Source: Selaginella moellendorffii (taxonomy: Eukaryota > Plantae > Lycopodiophyta). Taken from it: DNA of 64,000 nucleotides. The notes under the pieces are model-generated. The model was given only the letters and a program-made list of their open reading frames with translations, ran no database searches and had not been told where the DNA came from. Both the position numbers and the translations under genes were made by a program. Every line of letters begins with the position of its first letter. Position 1 is the first letter of the stretch. Location of the stretch: positions 811,771-875,770 of the forward strand of contig NW_003314314.1 in assembly GCF_000143415.4 (NCBI RefSeq). Reading direction: 5' to 3'. Below are positions 25,850-37,680 of the stretch, one piece after another.

Positions 25850-26557
25850 ATGGACAATGCCGGGGTGACGCAGAGGCTCCTCCCAACCAGCGGAGCCCCG
25901 ACTTCCTCGTCGTCTCCACCGGACGATCACGATCACGCCATCGACGACGAGAAGCTCAGCGACGACATCAAGGAATTCCAGAACTTGATCTCGAGAACGC
26001 TCACCACCGCCCTCCACGGCTCCGCAAATCTGGCAAACATGCTCCCAACAGGCACCGTCCTCTTCTTCCAGATGCTCGACCCAATCCTCTTCCGCGCCGG
26101 ATCCTGCGAGAACAAGCTCCTGAGCGCGATCTTCCTCCTCGTCTGCGCGATCCTCTGCTTCACGCTCTCCTTCACGGACAGTTTCCAGGCCCCGAATGGG
26201 AAGGTCTACTACGGCCTCGCAACATTCCGAGGCCTGTGGACTCCCCAGATCCAATGCACCATCAATCTCTCCCAGTACCGGATCAGGTTCTCGGACTTCG
26301 TCCACGCATTGCTCGCGGTGTTTGCGTTCATGACCACCACCACCTTTTCCACCGACGTTGTCAGCTGCTTTGTCAAGGTGCCCGACTCGTTCGTCGGATC
26401 GGCCCCGGCGCTCTCGGGCTTCCTCGTCAGTGCCGTGTTCTTGTACTTCCCCACGAACAGACACGGGGTGGGATTTCCACTCACACCGCCGGAAACTTCT
26501 CCTCCTCCTCCTCCTTCAACGGAGACCGGTTCTTCTACCGCAAATAAAACTGTTTGA
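25850..26557 (+). CDS. DMP (DUF679) membrane protein, copy 2 (tandem paralogue)
   Basis: LANMLPTGTVLFFQ, SFTDSF, GKVYYGLATFRG, FPTNRHGVGFP. Confidence 0.92.
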   Translation: MDNAGVTQRLLPTSGAPTSSSSPPDDHDHAIDDEKLSDDIKEFQNLISRTLTTALHGSANLANMLPTGTVLFFQMLDPILFRAGSCENKLLSAIFLLVCAILCFTLSFTDSFQAPNGKVYYGLATFRGLWTPQIQCTINLSQYRIRFSDFVHALLAVFAFMTTTTFSTDVVSCFVKVPDSFVGSAPALSGFLVSAVFLYFPTNRHGVGFPLTPPETSPPPPPSTETGSSTANKTV

Positions 26558-27763
26558 AACAGTGCAAGCTTGGAAATCTGGACAGAATTCTTAGAATTTC
26601 CATCAAAGTTCCTGGTATTTGGGATTTTCTTGTGTGATACCGATCTATTTCTCCTTTTTCTTTTGTGTTGTGTAGTCTCATGGAATGAAGGTGAGCGTCC
26701 TATATATTGTTTCGGCAAATCTCAGTGTCGGTTTGGAATGATCCGCACGAAAAGGTCCAGTGTATAGTCATAGAAACTCCATGCGACACTGTGGAAAAGC
26801 CGTAACATTTCTGAAGTTTTTGCCAGGGATCTCCAGTAGATCTTGTCCACATGGCTACTGCTGGATTTACTGGAATTCGTGCTCTATGGGAAAGGAGGAG
26901 ATTGGATGGCGCCTCACACCATACCTGGAGATGCCTGACGGAAACCTTGGGGAAGCTCTAAATGTACAGCCCTTTGTTATCAGCTGAATCCATCATTGAC
27001 CTTCTTTAGCCCGATTGTCCCACAAATCTTTCAGTGTATTTTCATGGATCTCTTGCTCGATTGTCCTTCATATATCACATGTTATTGGATAGCTAGTTGA
27101 ATTATACTGCCAGAAGCAGGTCAAATGCTGCAGAAAGGTGACAATTGATGTTAACAATTAGGTAAGAGAAGGTTAAGGATGGATTATGTACGTGAGGTTT
27201 CAGCTGGTAGTGGAGACGGACATTGACAAGAACTTTCAGAGCTTCATCCTGGACATCTAGCCGCAGGAGCAGCATTCTCAGTTGTAGAAGCAGGGCTGAC
27301 GGTTTTTTGCCGGTAACAGTCTCATTGGTGTTGTGATCTGGATTACATCAAAGGTAAAGTCGTTCAAAGCTTTAGGAGAACACATGTTGCTCATATCTTG
27401 TCTAGACTGAAAGTCGCTTCCAAAATCTTGTAACTCAACTTGGGTCCAAACAAAGAAAAGGATGGGATTTGGAACGAAGGATTCTCGCTGTTTAAAATGG
27501 CCAAAACTATAGCGTGACCTTTCCCCATGTTGATCAAATAGTGAAGAACTCCAAGAATCTATCTATATGTTGTTTTTTGAGAGTCTCGTGGTGCCCACCT
27601 TGAAGCGTGAGACTGATGGATGCAAAAATGCAATTTGGATTATCCATGCCGTGTCTTATTCGTCTCCTTTCCTAGCAACAGTAAATATCAAGAGAGTTTG
27701 CGATGACAGAACTTTCTCAACTATGTCATAGTTTCAGGCTTGGGAAAACTCAGAGTTCCTGGC

Positions 27764-28018
27764 AAGATGAGATGAACGCTTTTGCTTGTTTAAATGAGAA
27801 TTTGTTCCATGTAAACTCCTTCCACTCAGCCTACTCGGGATCCAGCTCCAGCAGCTCAGATCAAACAGCTCCATAATCGGCATCGCTTCGGCATCACCCA
27901 CATGAATATCCTGAACATCATCGGCCGCCTCCCCAGCTCTAGCAGCACGATCCAAAGCTATAAACGTCTGACTCCCGTGTTAGTGGCCCGAGACGGTTTC
28001 TTCCGGTGAGACGGAGCC
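27764..28018 (-). pseudogene. Deleted duplicate of the 3' end (kinase C-lobe + downstream DNA) of the LRR-RLK at 34192-37680
   Basis: ~27833-28018 matches ~34370-34580 (agcagcacgatcc..aaagct.taaacgtc.gactc..ggcccgagacggt); agatgagatgaac..ttttgcttgtttaaa.tgagaattt is shared with 33980-34020 and 28325-28366. Confidence 0.8.
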
Positions 28019-28463
28019 AATTAATAATAATTTTCAATTCTACTATAATAGACGACATCGATCTGCCACTGCTCCTGAAAGAGAGCAGTTTTTGCGTTTT
28101 CAACTATTCTTGATTGAATTTTACACAAGTAAAACTGAAAAGGAAAGGGTGGAGACCATCCTGCATTATTTGGATAATATAGCTCCTAACATTTTCAAGA
28201 AAACCAAAAATTAAAAGAGAAAATTGTAGTACATTTATCTTATCTTCAGATTGGATTTTGGGAGGACAGAACTTTCTTAAATATGTCATAGTTTCAGGGT
28301 TTGGGAAAACTCAAAATTCCTAACAAGATGAGATGAACGCTTTTGCTTGTTTAAAATGAGAATTTCAACATAAGTCCATGTTGATGACCCCGCAGCAGCT
28401 TATCCCAGACTTGATATGGACTTCTTATGGATTTATGAAGACCTTATGTAGCCCACAGAAATC

Positions 28464-28862
28464 TTATGAAGATCTTTTTGAATTCATGTACTTGAGAAAA
28501 TGATCATCCCTGCTAGTCACCAAGTTGATAACTATGCAGGAGCCTAACCCAGACTTGATACCAACAGAAGACAGGTAGCCACTAGAAGATTCCGGCAGCT
28601 CAAAGTTGATGACATGCACGACCTGGAGGATATCTACGTTGATCACCAGCACCTTGAACTGTCCATCTAGAAAATCGCAATTGATGTTCCCAACGACTCC
28701 GTGATCCATGCTGTTGTGGGTGGCACAGACGCTGCGCTCCCTTTGACGAAGCTCCCTGAATAATTCATCTACAGTTCTTGAGCTGTTGCATGCCACAGCA
28801 ATCTGTCCTACGGAGCCTCTCCCATAGACTGCACAACACTTCAGCTTTGTCCTTGTCCTCAA
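28464..28862 (-). pseudogene. Degenerate DEAD-box (eIF4A/DDX6-like) helicase C-terminal domain fragment
   Basis: QIAVACNSSRTVDEL, CATHNSMD, FLDGQFKVLV, VVHVINFELPESSSGYL, VINLVT; motifs V and VI eroded. Confidence 0.7.
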
Positions 28863-29399
28863 CTGTAAGGTAGAATAGTCATGAAAGGCATCAGACCGTC
28901 CTATATACTGCTGGTGTGGAGTTGGGGACGTGCAGGTTCAAGAATGGGAAGCAGCTCATCACAAAGGTTTGTGGTGGCAGTGAGGTACTCACAAAGTCCT
29001 TGGTGTTGCCATTACTGGAGGAAGAGAGGGAGGGGTAGCTCAAAAATTGAGGAGTGGTTCTTTGTCCCGTTGTTGTTTGTATGTGGAGGACGGTTTCAAT
29101 GTCTTTGGCGCATAAATAATAGATCTGGTCCTCCCAGGGTAACTTGCATCCCTCCCAATTACCAGCTTCTGAGTGCAGGTGATGTTGTCCTGTTTGATAG
29201 CATGCCAGGATTCTGTAGTGGTGTTGTCCCAAAGATCAGTAGATAACAATACCGATAAGCCGTTACAGGTTGATGGCCATGCTGGAATTTTGGTGAGTAG
29301 TGCATATGAGATTGAGGATGTATTGTATTGTGTTTTTCCGCACTTGGAGTTCAATGAGGAGCAAGCCAATTAGGATCCCAATTGCCACTTTGTTGCAAC

Positions 29400-30000
29400 C
29401 AAATGCAATATTCAGGAACCAACCACGTTATTCGTGGTAGTTCAGGGCCCCAAACCTCCCCAGCATATGTGAGGATAGTGATCACTTTTGTGTGGTAATA
29501 CTGTCTACATTCATCCTATCCAAAAATGCCAGCTTGCTTAAGGTCATTCTGGAGTGAGTAATATGCTCTTGTGGCTGCTTGGATGTGTTCTATTGTCTCG
29601 ACCTTCCAGAGATTCTTTTGGCAGACTATATACCCAAGGTAATTATAATTTTCTACTTTGACCAGAAAGTGATGTTGGTAATGAAGGTCATTGTCCTCAC
29701 TTCTGTGTTGCAGATGGCCAAATACCATAACTTGTGTTTTCGTAGTAGTGCAGCAGAAGGTTGCAAGCAAGTCTCACACCTGCAAGAGGTGCCTCACACC
29801 TAGAACTGTTAACACTAGGCTTCCGAAAGACAACAAGACCTCAACCTAGACCTAGACAGTTCTGGTTTGCATCTCCTAAGGTGTTGAAGCAGTGCATTGA
29901 AGCCATAGTGCAGTTCTTTGCAGTGAACACCAATCTGAGCTCAGTGACATCAATTGCCATTAATTAAAGGGATGACACCAGAGGATCAAAATTCCGAGGT
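29400..30000 (-). mobile_element. Degenerate non-LTR (LINE) reverse transcriptase fragment
   Basis: TKTQVMVFG...VKVENYNYLGYIV...HIQAATRAYYSL, typical of the LINE RT C-terminus. Confidence 0.6.
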
Positions 30001-30141
30001 ATATCAGAGGGACTAGGACACAAATGCCTTCAGAAGCACCTGCTTTGTCATTTTTTATGGCGACAATAAGGTCGCTAGCAGTGGTCTCCCCCCCCCCCCC
30101 CCCCCCGGGTGGTGGCCCCTCTGGGCTTCTGCAAAGAAAAA

Positions 30142-30444
30142 GATGTTGTAAAGCTTGGGGACCCCCAAGTATAGATATTAACAATGGGAGTAGGGGATTT
30201 GACAACCCCAGTTGAAACATAGGAATTTAGAAAGAGCTTGGAATATCTTCTGCTTGATGTTGTCTCTTGGATTGCCATATTTGCCAAAAGACTCTAGCAT
30301 GATAAAGCCAAGCAATATTGACTGAATCCCTAATACATAATCATTAGTTGACATGGACTTATATGTCCAGATATGGATTATAAATTAACATGCCTCATTG
30401 AGTTATTGAGGTCATTGTAATCTTGATCAAGTTATTTTCCTTTT
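30142..30444 (+). repeat. Dispersed direct repeat; partner copy with internal deletion at ~31523-31674
   Basis: atgttgtaaag...atagatattaacaatg...gaaacataggaatttag..agagcttggaatatc and cattgagttattgaggtcattgtaatcttgatcaagttattttccttt occur at both sites. Confidence 0.75.
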
Positions 30445-31069
30445 GTATTAGTCCCTTTGGGACATTAGGAGATGTACATATATGTTCATTAAACGCAAAT
30501 TAACCTCTTAGATCACTTGGACTATAGTGATGAGCTCAATCAATTGGAGTGTAGAAGCAAAACATTTCTTTGTGTCTTTGTGGTTTTTTGGCCGTGAGCA
30601 GTCATGATCTACTGCCTCCTAGATCAAGACACTAACTTCCATGAATTGGCAACTAGTACCATCCACTTGTCCACTGCATCACAGATCTTGCTGCTACTCC
30701 TTCTGAACAATGCAAGCAGTGACAGCAGCCACACAAGCAACAGGTGTACCCACTAGAAATAAGTTCATATGTAGCAACTGGGAGTTCATCTATTGCCATG
30801 AACCCTAAGACCAGCTTCAAGAAATATAACAAAAAATAATAATGCCTTTTTTGTGAGTGTTTGGGATATATACTGTATTTACCTTATGATATTATATATG
30901 TAAATATATTTACAGAACACTTCAAATTGTAACATAGATATGGATAAATTAGAATTTAGAAATAAATGATTGATAATTATTTTTTGAATTTTACTTCAAC
31001 GTGATAATTTGATAAATCACATGATTTCAAACTTAATTTATATGATGTTTTTTGGTTTTCTTGGGATGG

Positions 31070-31370
31070 TACCTAGAATATGCTTGGATATTCTAGGATA
31101 TTTTACCATCTAACGGTTGTTATTCATTTAGATTAATCTTGTAATTATAATTTATAAACATGTTTATAATTTATAAAATTTCTTAAACATTTTCTAGTAT
31201 ACTATTTTTAGTATACCATTTAAATGGTTGATATGCAATAAGATTAATCTTGTGTTTATAAATTATAAACATGTTTATAATAATAAACTTTTATTTAATC
31301 AATTAGATTAATAAGTAAGAATAACACTACTTTTAAGCACACCAAGTGTTGTTACATGCAATGTGTAACA
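31070..31370 (+). mobile_element. Helitron-like repeat, copy 3 (best preserved)
   Basis: tatgcttggatattctaggatattttaccatctaacggttgttatt... ending accaagtgttgttacatgcaa. Confidence 0.6.
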
Positions 31371-31699
31371 AAATTTTTTTATTTTTATTTATTATAGCAT
31401 TATAAATAACATGTATAAATAGGAATTGTTAGTTGAAGCTTATGTTTTAAATTTTGTTTGGGACATCATATTAGAAACAGGGAAGCTCTCAGATCCAAGT
31501 AACGAGCTTCTGCAATGATAAGTATGTTGTAAAGTTGGTGACCCAGATGTATAGATATTAACAATGTGAGTAGTGTATTTGACAACCCAAGCTGAAACAT
31601 AGGAATTTAGATAGAGCTTGGAATATCATTGAGTTATTGAGGTCATTGTAATCTTGATCAAGTTATTTTCCTTTAAATTCTTCTTAAATTTCATTAAGG

Positions 31700-32520
31700 T
31701 TGTTTTTATTAATCATGCTTTAATACATTACATTCCTCTACATGACGCTTTATTATATTACAGAATGGTGGATTGTAAGCTATAGTGGATTTTTACATCT
31801 CCAAAGCCTCACACTTCTTTTGCTGCTTTTACAAATGTTTCAAAATATCAAAGTTTACACTGATATACATTGGTAATGCTACTTGGCTTGATATCACATA
31901 TATTACTAATTCCTTGGGGCAATATCTCATAGCTCCATAAATTATTTATTGGGAGGTAGAAAAATGAGTTCTTTAATATCTTAATGGCACTATAATCATG
32001 GACTCGTTTTATGACATTAATAGCTTACACTAATTCAGATTGGGTTAGTATAATAATAACTTTCATCAATCTACAAGTGGCTTTTATTTTCATATAAATT
32101 CTGGTGTTGTCTATTGATTTCCTAAGCATGAACAACGCTAGCAATATCTTCTACAGAAGTAGAATATATTACAGCTAGTCTAACCACTTGAGAAGTCATA
32201 TGGTTTCATAAATTATTTATTAACTTGGGACATCCTCTCACTACCCATGTCCTTATATTGTGATAATCAATATACTATTTCTTTAGCCAAATATCCAGCT
32301 CTTTACTTCAAGTCTAAGTATATTGATACTATATTCAATTTGAAGTACCAAAGAGAAATGTCATTATAGCATCACATTGTCTTCTATACTTCAGTAAAGA
32401 GTGAGATCTTTTGGATGTTCAATTGTTTGTTGTCCCTTGATAAAATTACTCTCCACACTTTATTACTACAAAAGATATGGTAGTTGATATATTTTATAAA
32501 GGGCCTTTTGTGTAACGAAT
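31700..32520 (+). mobile_element. Degenerate Ty1/copia RT-RNase H fragment
   Basis: LYCDNQYTISLAKYPALYFKSKYIDT (copia CDNQSA...KHID) at ~32253-32330; downstream DMVVDIF.KGL-like motif. Confidence 0.75.
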
Positions 32521-32629
32521 GTGATTATGGAATGAAATTTGAATATATTATTATCATGATCCTTGGGAGATAAATAGGGATAAAATAACTATTAAGGGTT
32601 TTTTCATCAAATAAATTTTTTTTTTCCAA

Positions 32630-33695
32630 TTGGCTTAAAGACCATGTCATTAAATATTCAGTCAAGATAATATGTTAAAGTTGATGTTTCCCTTAAGATT
32701 ATATATTAGAGATTCAATTAAAATAACATGAGTAAAGCCATAATTGTTGAGATTGAGCTAGTGCACTTTGATACTTGGGTTTATATTGTTTTCAACCATT
32801 CTGTTTTTGTCCAGATGACTATATCATTACCTTTGTGTCATATTACCACAATTGATCTTGTTATGACACAAATTTTTTGGGGTGGATATGACAACCCCTG
32901 TACAGTTGAAGTGATTGCTGGTGATCACATCTTTGGGACATGTTTGTTTTCATTAGCTCTCCTAAATATCATCATCCTTTCTCTAAAGAGAGGATTTTAA
33001 CTCCACAAATTGATGTTTTTGAAGGATTGCTTATGGGTGGTATTGCATCTATTTTTGAGATTCAACGTTTGGCTTTGTTCCAATATGTTGGTGGTTATGA
33101 GAGTTTTCCAAATTCTTTCATATTTCTTATTTGAATTTTTTGGATCATGTAACTTTTGAAGGGGCCAAAGTATCCTCGATTTTGATGATCAAGATGATCC
33201 AAATAGTTTGGCCCACTCAAGATCTAGGATATTCAAATCAAAGATGTGAAAGAATTTGGAAAATTCCATCAGCCACCACAAAATCCAAAGATATTGGAAT
33301 GAAACAAAATGCCAATCTCAAAACCAGATGCAATGCCACCAGTAAGCAATCCTTCGACATCATCAATTCCTAGAGGCATAATCCTCTTTTTAGAGAAAGA
33401 ATGATAATGTTCAAGAGAGCCACAATGAAAACAAATGTGTCTCAAGGTGCAAGCACTAGCAGTCACTTCAACTAGGCACGGTTGTCCCAAAAATTTGCGC
33501 CAAATCAACCATGGTAGTACAACTAACATCTATGATCTTAGCCATTATGGCTTTGGGTATAAGCTCTTTATCAATGTTCCAAGCTTGTGGTTTTTGGAAA
33601 AAGCTCAATCCATGTTTGAGAAAATCAACAAACCAACATTGTATCATGGACCACTCTGCTTCAAGCATATACCCAATAGGGTCTTTGAGCCACTT
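32630..33695. repeat. Diverged inverted repeat: ~32630-33137 versus ~33230-33695
   Basis: gaaggattgctta..ggtgg.attgcatct and ttttccaaattctttca.at match the reverse complement of the right arm. Confidence 0.7.
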
Positions 33696-33980
33696 TGACT
33701 TGATCCCTGAAAGGACATGGGAAGCACGAGGAAGAAAAATTGATGCCAACAAGAGATATGGTAGCTTGGAATGGAATGATCCAAACTTCGGGCAACTCGG
33801 GCAAGCCAAGCGGATGTTTGACGCCATGCCCGAGAGGAATGTCGTCTCTTGGACTTCCAAACTCTACGCTTACTTTCAAGGTGCGTCCACCGTGTACAAT
33901 TCCATGCCTGAGAGGAACTTGCTCGCTGGGAACTCGCTCATCTCGGCCTATGGACAAAGCGGCAACTTAGAAACCGGCCA
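33550..33980 (+). pseudogene. PPR protein fragments
   Basis: NIVSWTTLLQAYTQ; GQLGQAKRMFDAMPERNVVSWT; MPERNLLAGNSLISAYGQSGNLE; frameshifted. Confidence 0.8.
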
Positions 33981-34191
33981 GATGAGATGAACACTTTTTG
34001 CTTGTTTAAAATGAGAATTTGCCATGCTTAAATCCTTTGGCCCAAGTCAGATGTTTTACAAAAGAGATTTGATCAACTCCACTGGTTAGTGCTACCTCTA
34101 GAAAAGAAAAGAAAAAAAATCAATCAAAGTCACTTGAATCTTCCTTGTTCTTCATTGCTGTTTCTGTTGCCTGCTTGATCAGATCGATCCA

Positions 34192-37100
34192 TCAAACTGG
34201 CGACGTATGCGAAGTTGGATCCGACGAAGAAGTGGGAATCTCCGGGCCGACTCTACACCCCTCGAGCATAAACACCACCTCCGTCATGGCCGGCCTGTCA
34301 ATAGGATCCGGAGCAGTGCACAGCAGCGCCACCTTGACGGCCAGCAAAAACTCCTCCCACTCGGCCGACTCTGGATCCAACTCCAGCAAGCTCGGATCAA
34401 ACAGCTCCGAGATCGGCCCACTCTGGAGCTGCCGCTTCACCCACTTGACGATATCCTCGTCCTGCGTGAACATCACCGGCCGCCTCCCCGTTAGCAGCTC
34501 CAGCAGCACGATCCCAAAGCTGTAAACGTCCGACTCGCGCGTCAGCTGGCCCGAGACGGTTGCTTCCGGCGAGACGTAGCCGAGCGATCCCAGCGGCGTG
34601 GTCGAAGAAGTGGAGGGATCCATCGGAGTCACCGCCATGGCCTCGAGGCCAAAGTCCGAGAGGTGTGCCTCAAAGTCGGCGTCGAAGAGGACGTTGCTGG
34701 GCTTGACGTCGCCGTGGACGATGGGAGGCTCCTGCGTGTGGAGGAAGGAGAGGCCCCGAGCTACGCCCAGCGCGATCAAGTGCCGCATCGGCCAGTTGAG
34801 GACGTGACCGTCTTGGTGCGACGCCTCCTGGAGCAGCGCCGCCAGGTTCCCGTTTGGCATGTAGTCGTAGACGAGGAGCTTGACGTCGCCGCGGATGTAG
34901 TAGCCGCGCAGCACCGCCAAGTTCTTGTGTTTAACCCGGCCAACTTTCTCGGCCTCGCTCCGGAACAGGCTCTCCTCGATCACGCCGTCTGGGAGCCGGC
35001 GGATCGAGAGCACCGTCCCGTCTTGGAGGCAGGCCTTGAAGACGATCCCGTAGCGCGTCCTGCTCAGGACGTGCTCCTCGTCGAACTGGCCGGTTGCTTC
35101 CAGGACGCCCGAGTATGGGATCGGGCTGTAGAACATGACCAGCTTCTCCTCCGGCTCGGACAGCTCTAGAGGCCGAGGTGCCGCGGAGCGTTTCTTGGCG
35201 AGGAGAAGTATCGCGAAGAAGCAGACGACAGTGGCGAGTACCAGGCACAGCACCCCGACTCCCACTGCTATTCCGATCACCGCCTGCTTGCTCAGCCTCA
35301 GCATCTTTCGCCTCCTCGGGCAGTCCTGAAGCGGGGCTCCACACAGCGATGGATTCCCGGCGAAGGAACTCGAGCCGAACTGACTTCCAAGTTCTCCAGG
35401 GATGACGCCTTCCAAGCTGTTCCCAGAGACGTTGAACACTCTGAGGCGAGTGAGGTTTCCGAGTGACTGTGGGATCTTGCCGGTGAGATTGTTGCCGGAG
35501 AGATCCAGTTCTTGTAGCTGGTTGAGCATGCCAAGGAGAGAAGGTATGCCACCCGCCAGTGAGTTGTCCTCCAGGTGTAGAAACTCCAAGTTCCTGAGCA
35601 GGCCTAGCTCGGGAGGAATCGCCCCGCTAAGTTGGTTACTTCCAGCGTCGAGGCTGCGAAGATCTTTGCATCCGACGACCTCTGCTGGCATGGACCCCGC
35701 GATCTTGTTACCATGCACGTCCAGCTTCTGGAGCTTCGACAGTCTGCCGAGCTCAGGCGGCAAGCTTCCTCGCACGCTCGAGTTCCGGAGCTCTATAGAA
35801 ACCAGGTTGCTGCAGTTGCCGATTTCTGGAGGGATATCACTCGATAGCAAGTTGTTGGACATCGAAAACGACGTGAGCTGCGCCAGGGAGCCAATGCTGG
35901 ATGGGATCTGCCCGCTGAAAGTGTTCCCGCTCACGTTGAGCAGCCGCAGACTCGCCAGATCACCAATTTTGGATGTAACCGAGCCGTTAAGAAAGTTGTT
36001 CGACAGATCCAGCGACTGAAGCCGCGTGAAACCTGTCAGGCTTTGAGGAATGCCACCGGTAAGCTGCTGGTTGCTAAGATCAAGCACCACCAGCGCCGGA
36101 AACTGGCCCCGAACGAATCCTATACTTCCAGAGAGGTTGTTCCGGCTGAAGTCAAGAGCTTGGACCCTGCCCAGCGGCAGGCCCGGTGGTATACTTCCCG
36201 AGAAACCATTCCTGCTGAGGTTGACCACCTGAAGACTAGAGGACTGTAGCAGCGACGCTGGAAGTTGGCCGCTAAGATTGTTGGCAGCAACAGAAAAGTT
36301 CGTGAGCTGCCTCAACGAACTAAACTGCACGGAAAGCTCACCCGAAAGTTGGTTCTCGTCGAGCAGCATAACGTTGATAGAGGCGAGATTACCGAACTCG
36401 GATGGAACGGGTCCGGTCAAGTTGTTGCGAGAGAGCGAAAGATGCTGGAGCTGCTGGAGCTGGCCGAGCTGGGCGGGAAGAGACGATGATAACTGGTTTG
36501 ATTGAAGATCGATGCGTTGGAGGTTCCTACATTGGCCAAGCCCAGAAGGAATAGATCCGGATAAGCCATTGAACGAGAGATTGAGCTGCTTCAGTTGGAA
36601 CAAGTTTCCAAACGAAACAGGAATGGAACCTGTAGTTTGAAATAAAAGACAAGCTTTTAGCACTGGAAGCAAACAAGGAGACGAAAAAAGAAAGAAAGAA
36701 AAAAAAAAAAAAAACTCGTTCTCGTACCAGTAATGTTGTTGTTGGCGATCTCGAGTACTTGCACATTGGAGAGGTTGCCGAGACCTTCCGGAAGAAATCC
36801 TCCAAGCCTGTTGTTCGAGGCAGCAAAGGTCTGGAGATTTTTCAAGCGACCCAGCTGCGATGGGAGCTGGCCAGAGAGTGCATTGTTCCCGAGGATCAGC
36901 GAGAACAAGCTGCTGCAGTTGGAGAGAGCCGCAGGGACAGTGTCGCTGAGATCGTTGGAGCCCAGCACGAGACTAGCCAAGAAGAGGAGCTTGCCGAGAG
37001 TGTCTGGGATGCTCCCACTCAATCTGTTCTGCGAGACATCGAGCGAAGATAGTGACGAGCAATTCCCGAGCTGCGAAGGAATCACACCTGTGAGCTGGTT

Positions 37101-37680
37101 GTTTGACAGGTTGAGCACCCGGAGGCTGCTCAATCCGCCAAAGAGGGGTGGAATGCCTCCGCCCAGAAGATTGGAGGACAAGTCCAGAACCATGAGACCC
37201 TGTAAGCTGCCAATGCCGGCTGGAATCGGCCCAGAGAAGAGATTTCTACCCAGAACCAGGCTCCGGAGATTCACGAGGTTGCCTATCGATGCTGGGATGG
37301 TGCCGTTGAATCGATTCGAGTGGAGGCTCAATCGCCGCAGGCCCACGAGATTGCCGATCTCATCTACACGGCAAGAGTGGATGAAATCTCTGGGAAGAAC
37401 GAGACACGAAAATAGAAAGATTACCTGAGATTGCTCCTCGCAGCTCCAGGCCAGGGAGGCGGAGCTCCACGACTCGGTTGTTCAAGCAAGAAATCCCACG
37501 CCAGGAGCACGGCGCGGTGGTGGAGTTGATCCATTGAGCCAGCGCTCCCTCCGGATCATTCAGATTGCTCTTGAAGGCGATGAGAGCCGCAATATCGCTC
37601 TGAGCCGATCCTCCCTGCGCCGCCACGAGCTCGCCGCAAAACCCCCAAACCAAGAACGCGAGCAGCAGCAGCGGCGCCAT
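34192..37680 (-). CDS. LRR receptor-like kinase of the At4g36180/MUSTACHES-like type; 3 exons (37425-37680, 36728-37363, 34192-36629)
   Basis: Signal peptide, LRRNT (PCSWRGISC), >20 plant LRRs, GNPSLCG, TM, kinase with LSIRRL in place of VAVK and HGDVKPSN (non-RD). Confidence 0.93.

Noticed and set aside
26760-27700. Exon-like fragments after DMP copy 2
   Set aside because: Could not be assigned to any family
30088-30106. 19-nt poly-C run (PPPPPP/GGGGG ORFs)
   Set aside because: Simple homopolymer within decayed repeat DNA
34145-37428. Many plus-strand ORFs and periodic 72-bp similarity
   Set aside because: Antisense of the LRR-RLK; the periodicity is the 24-aa LRR, not a CRISPR or satellite array
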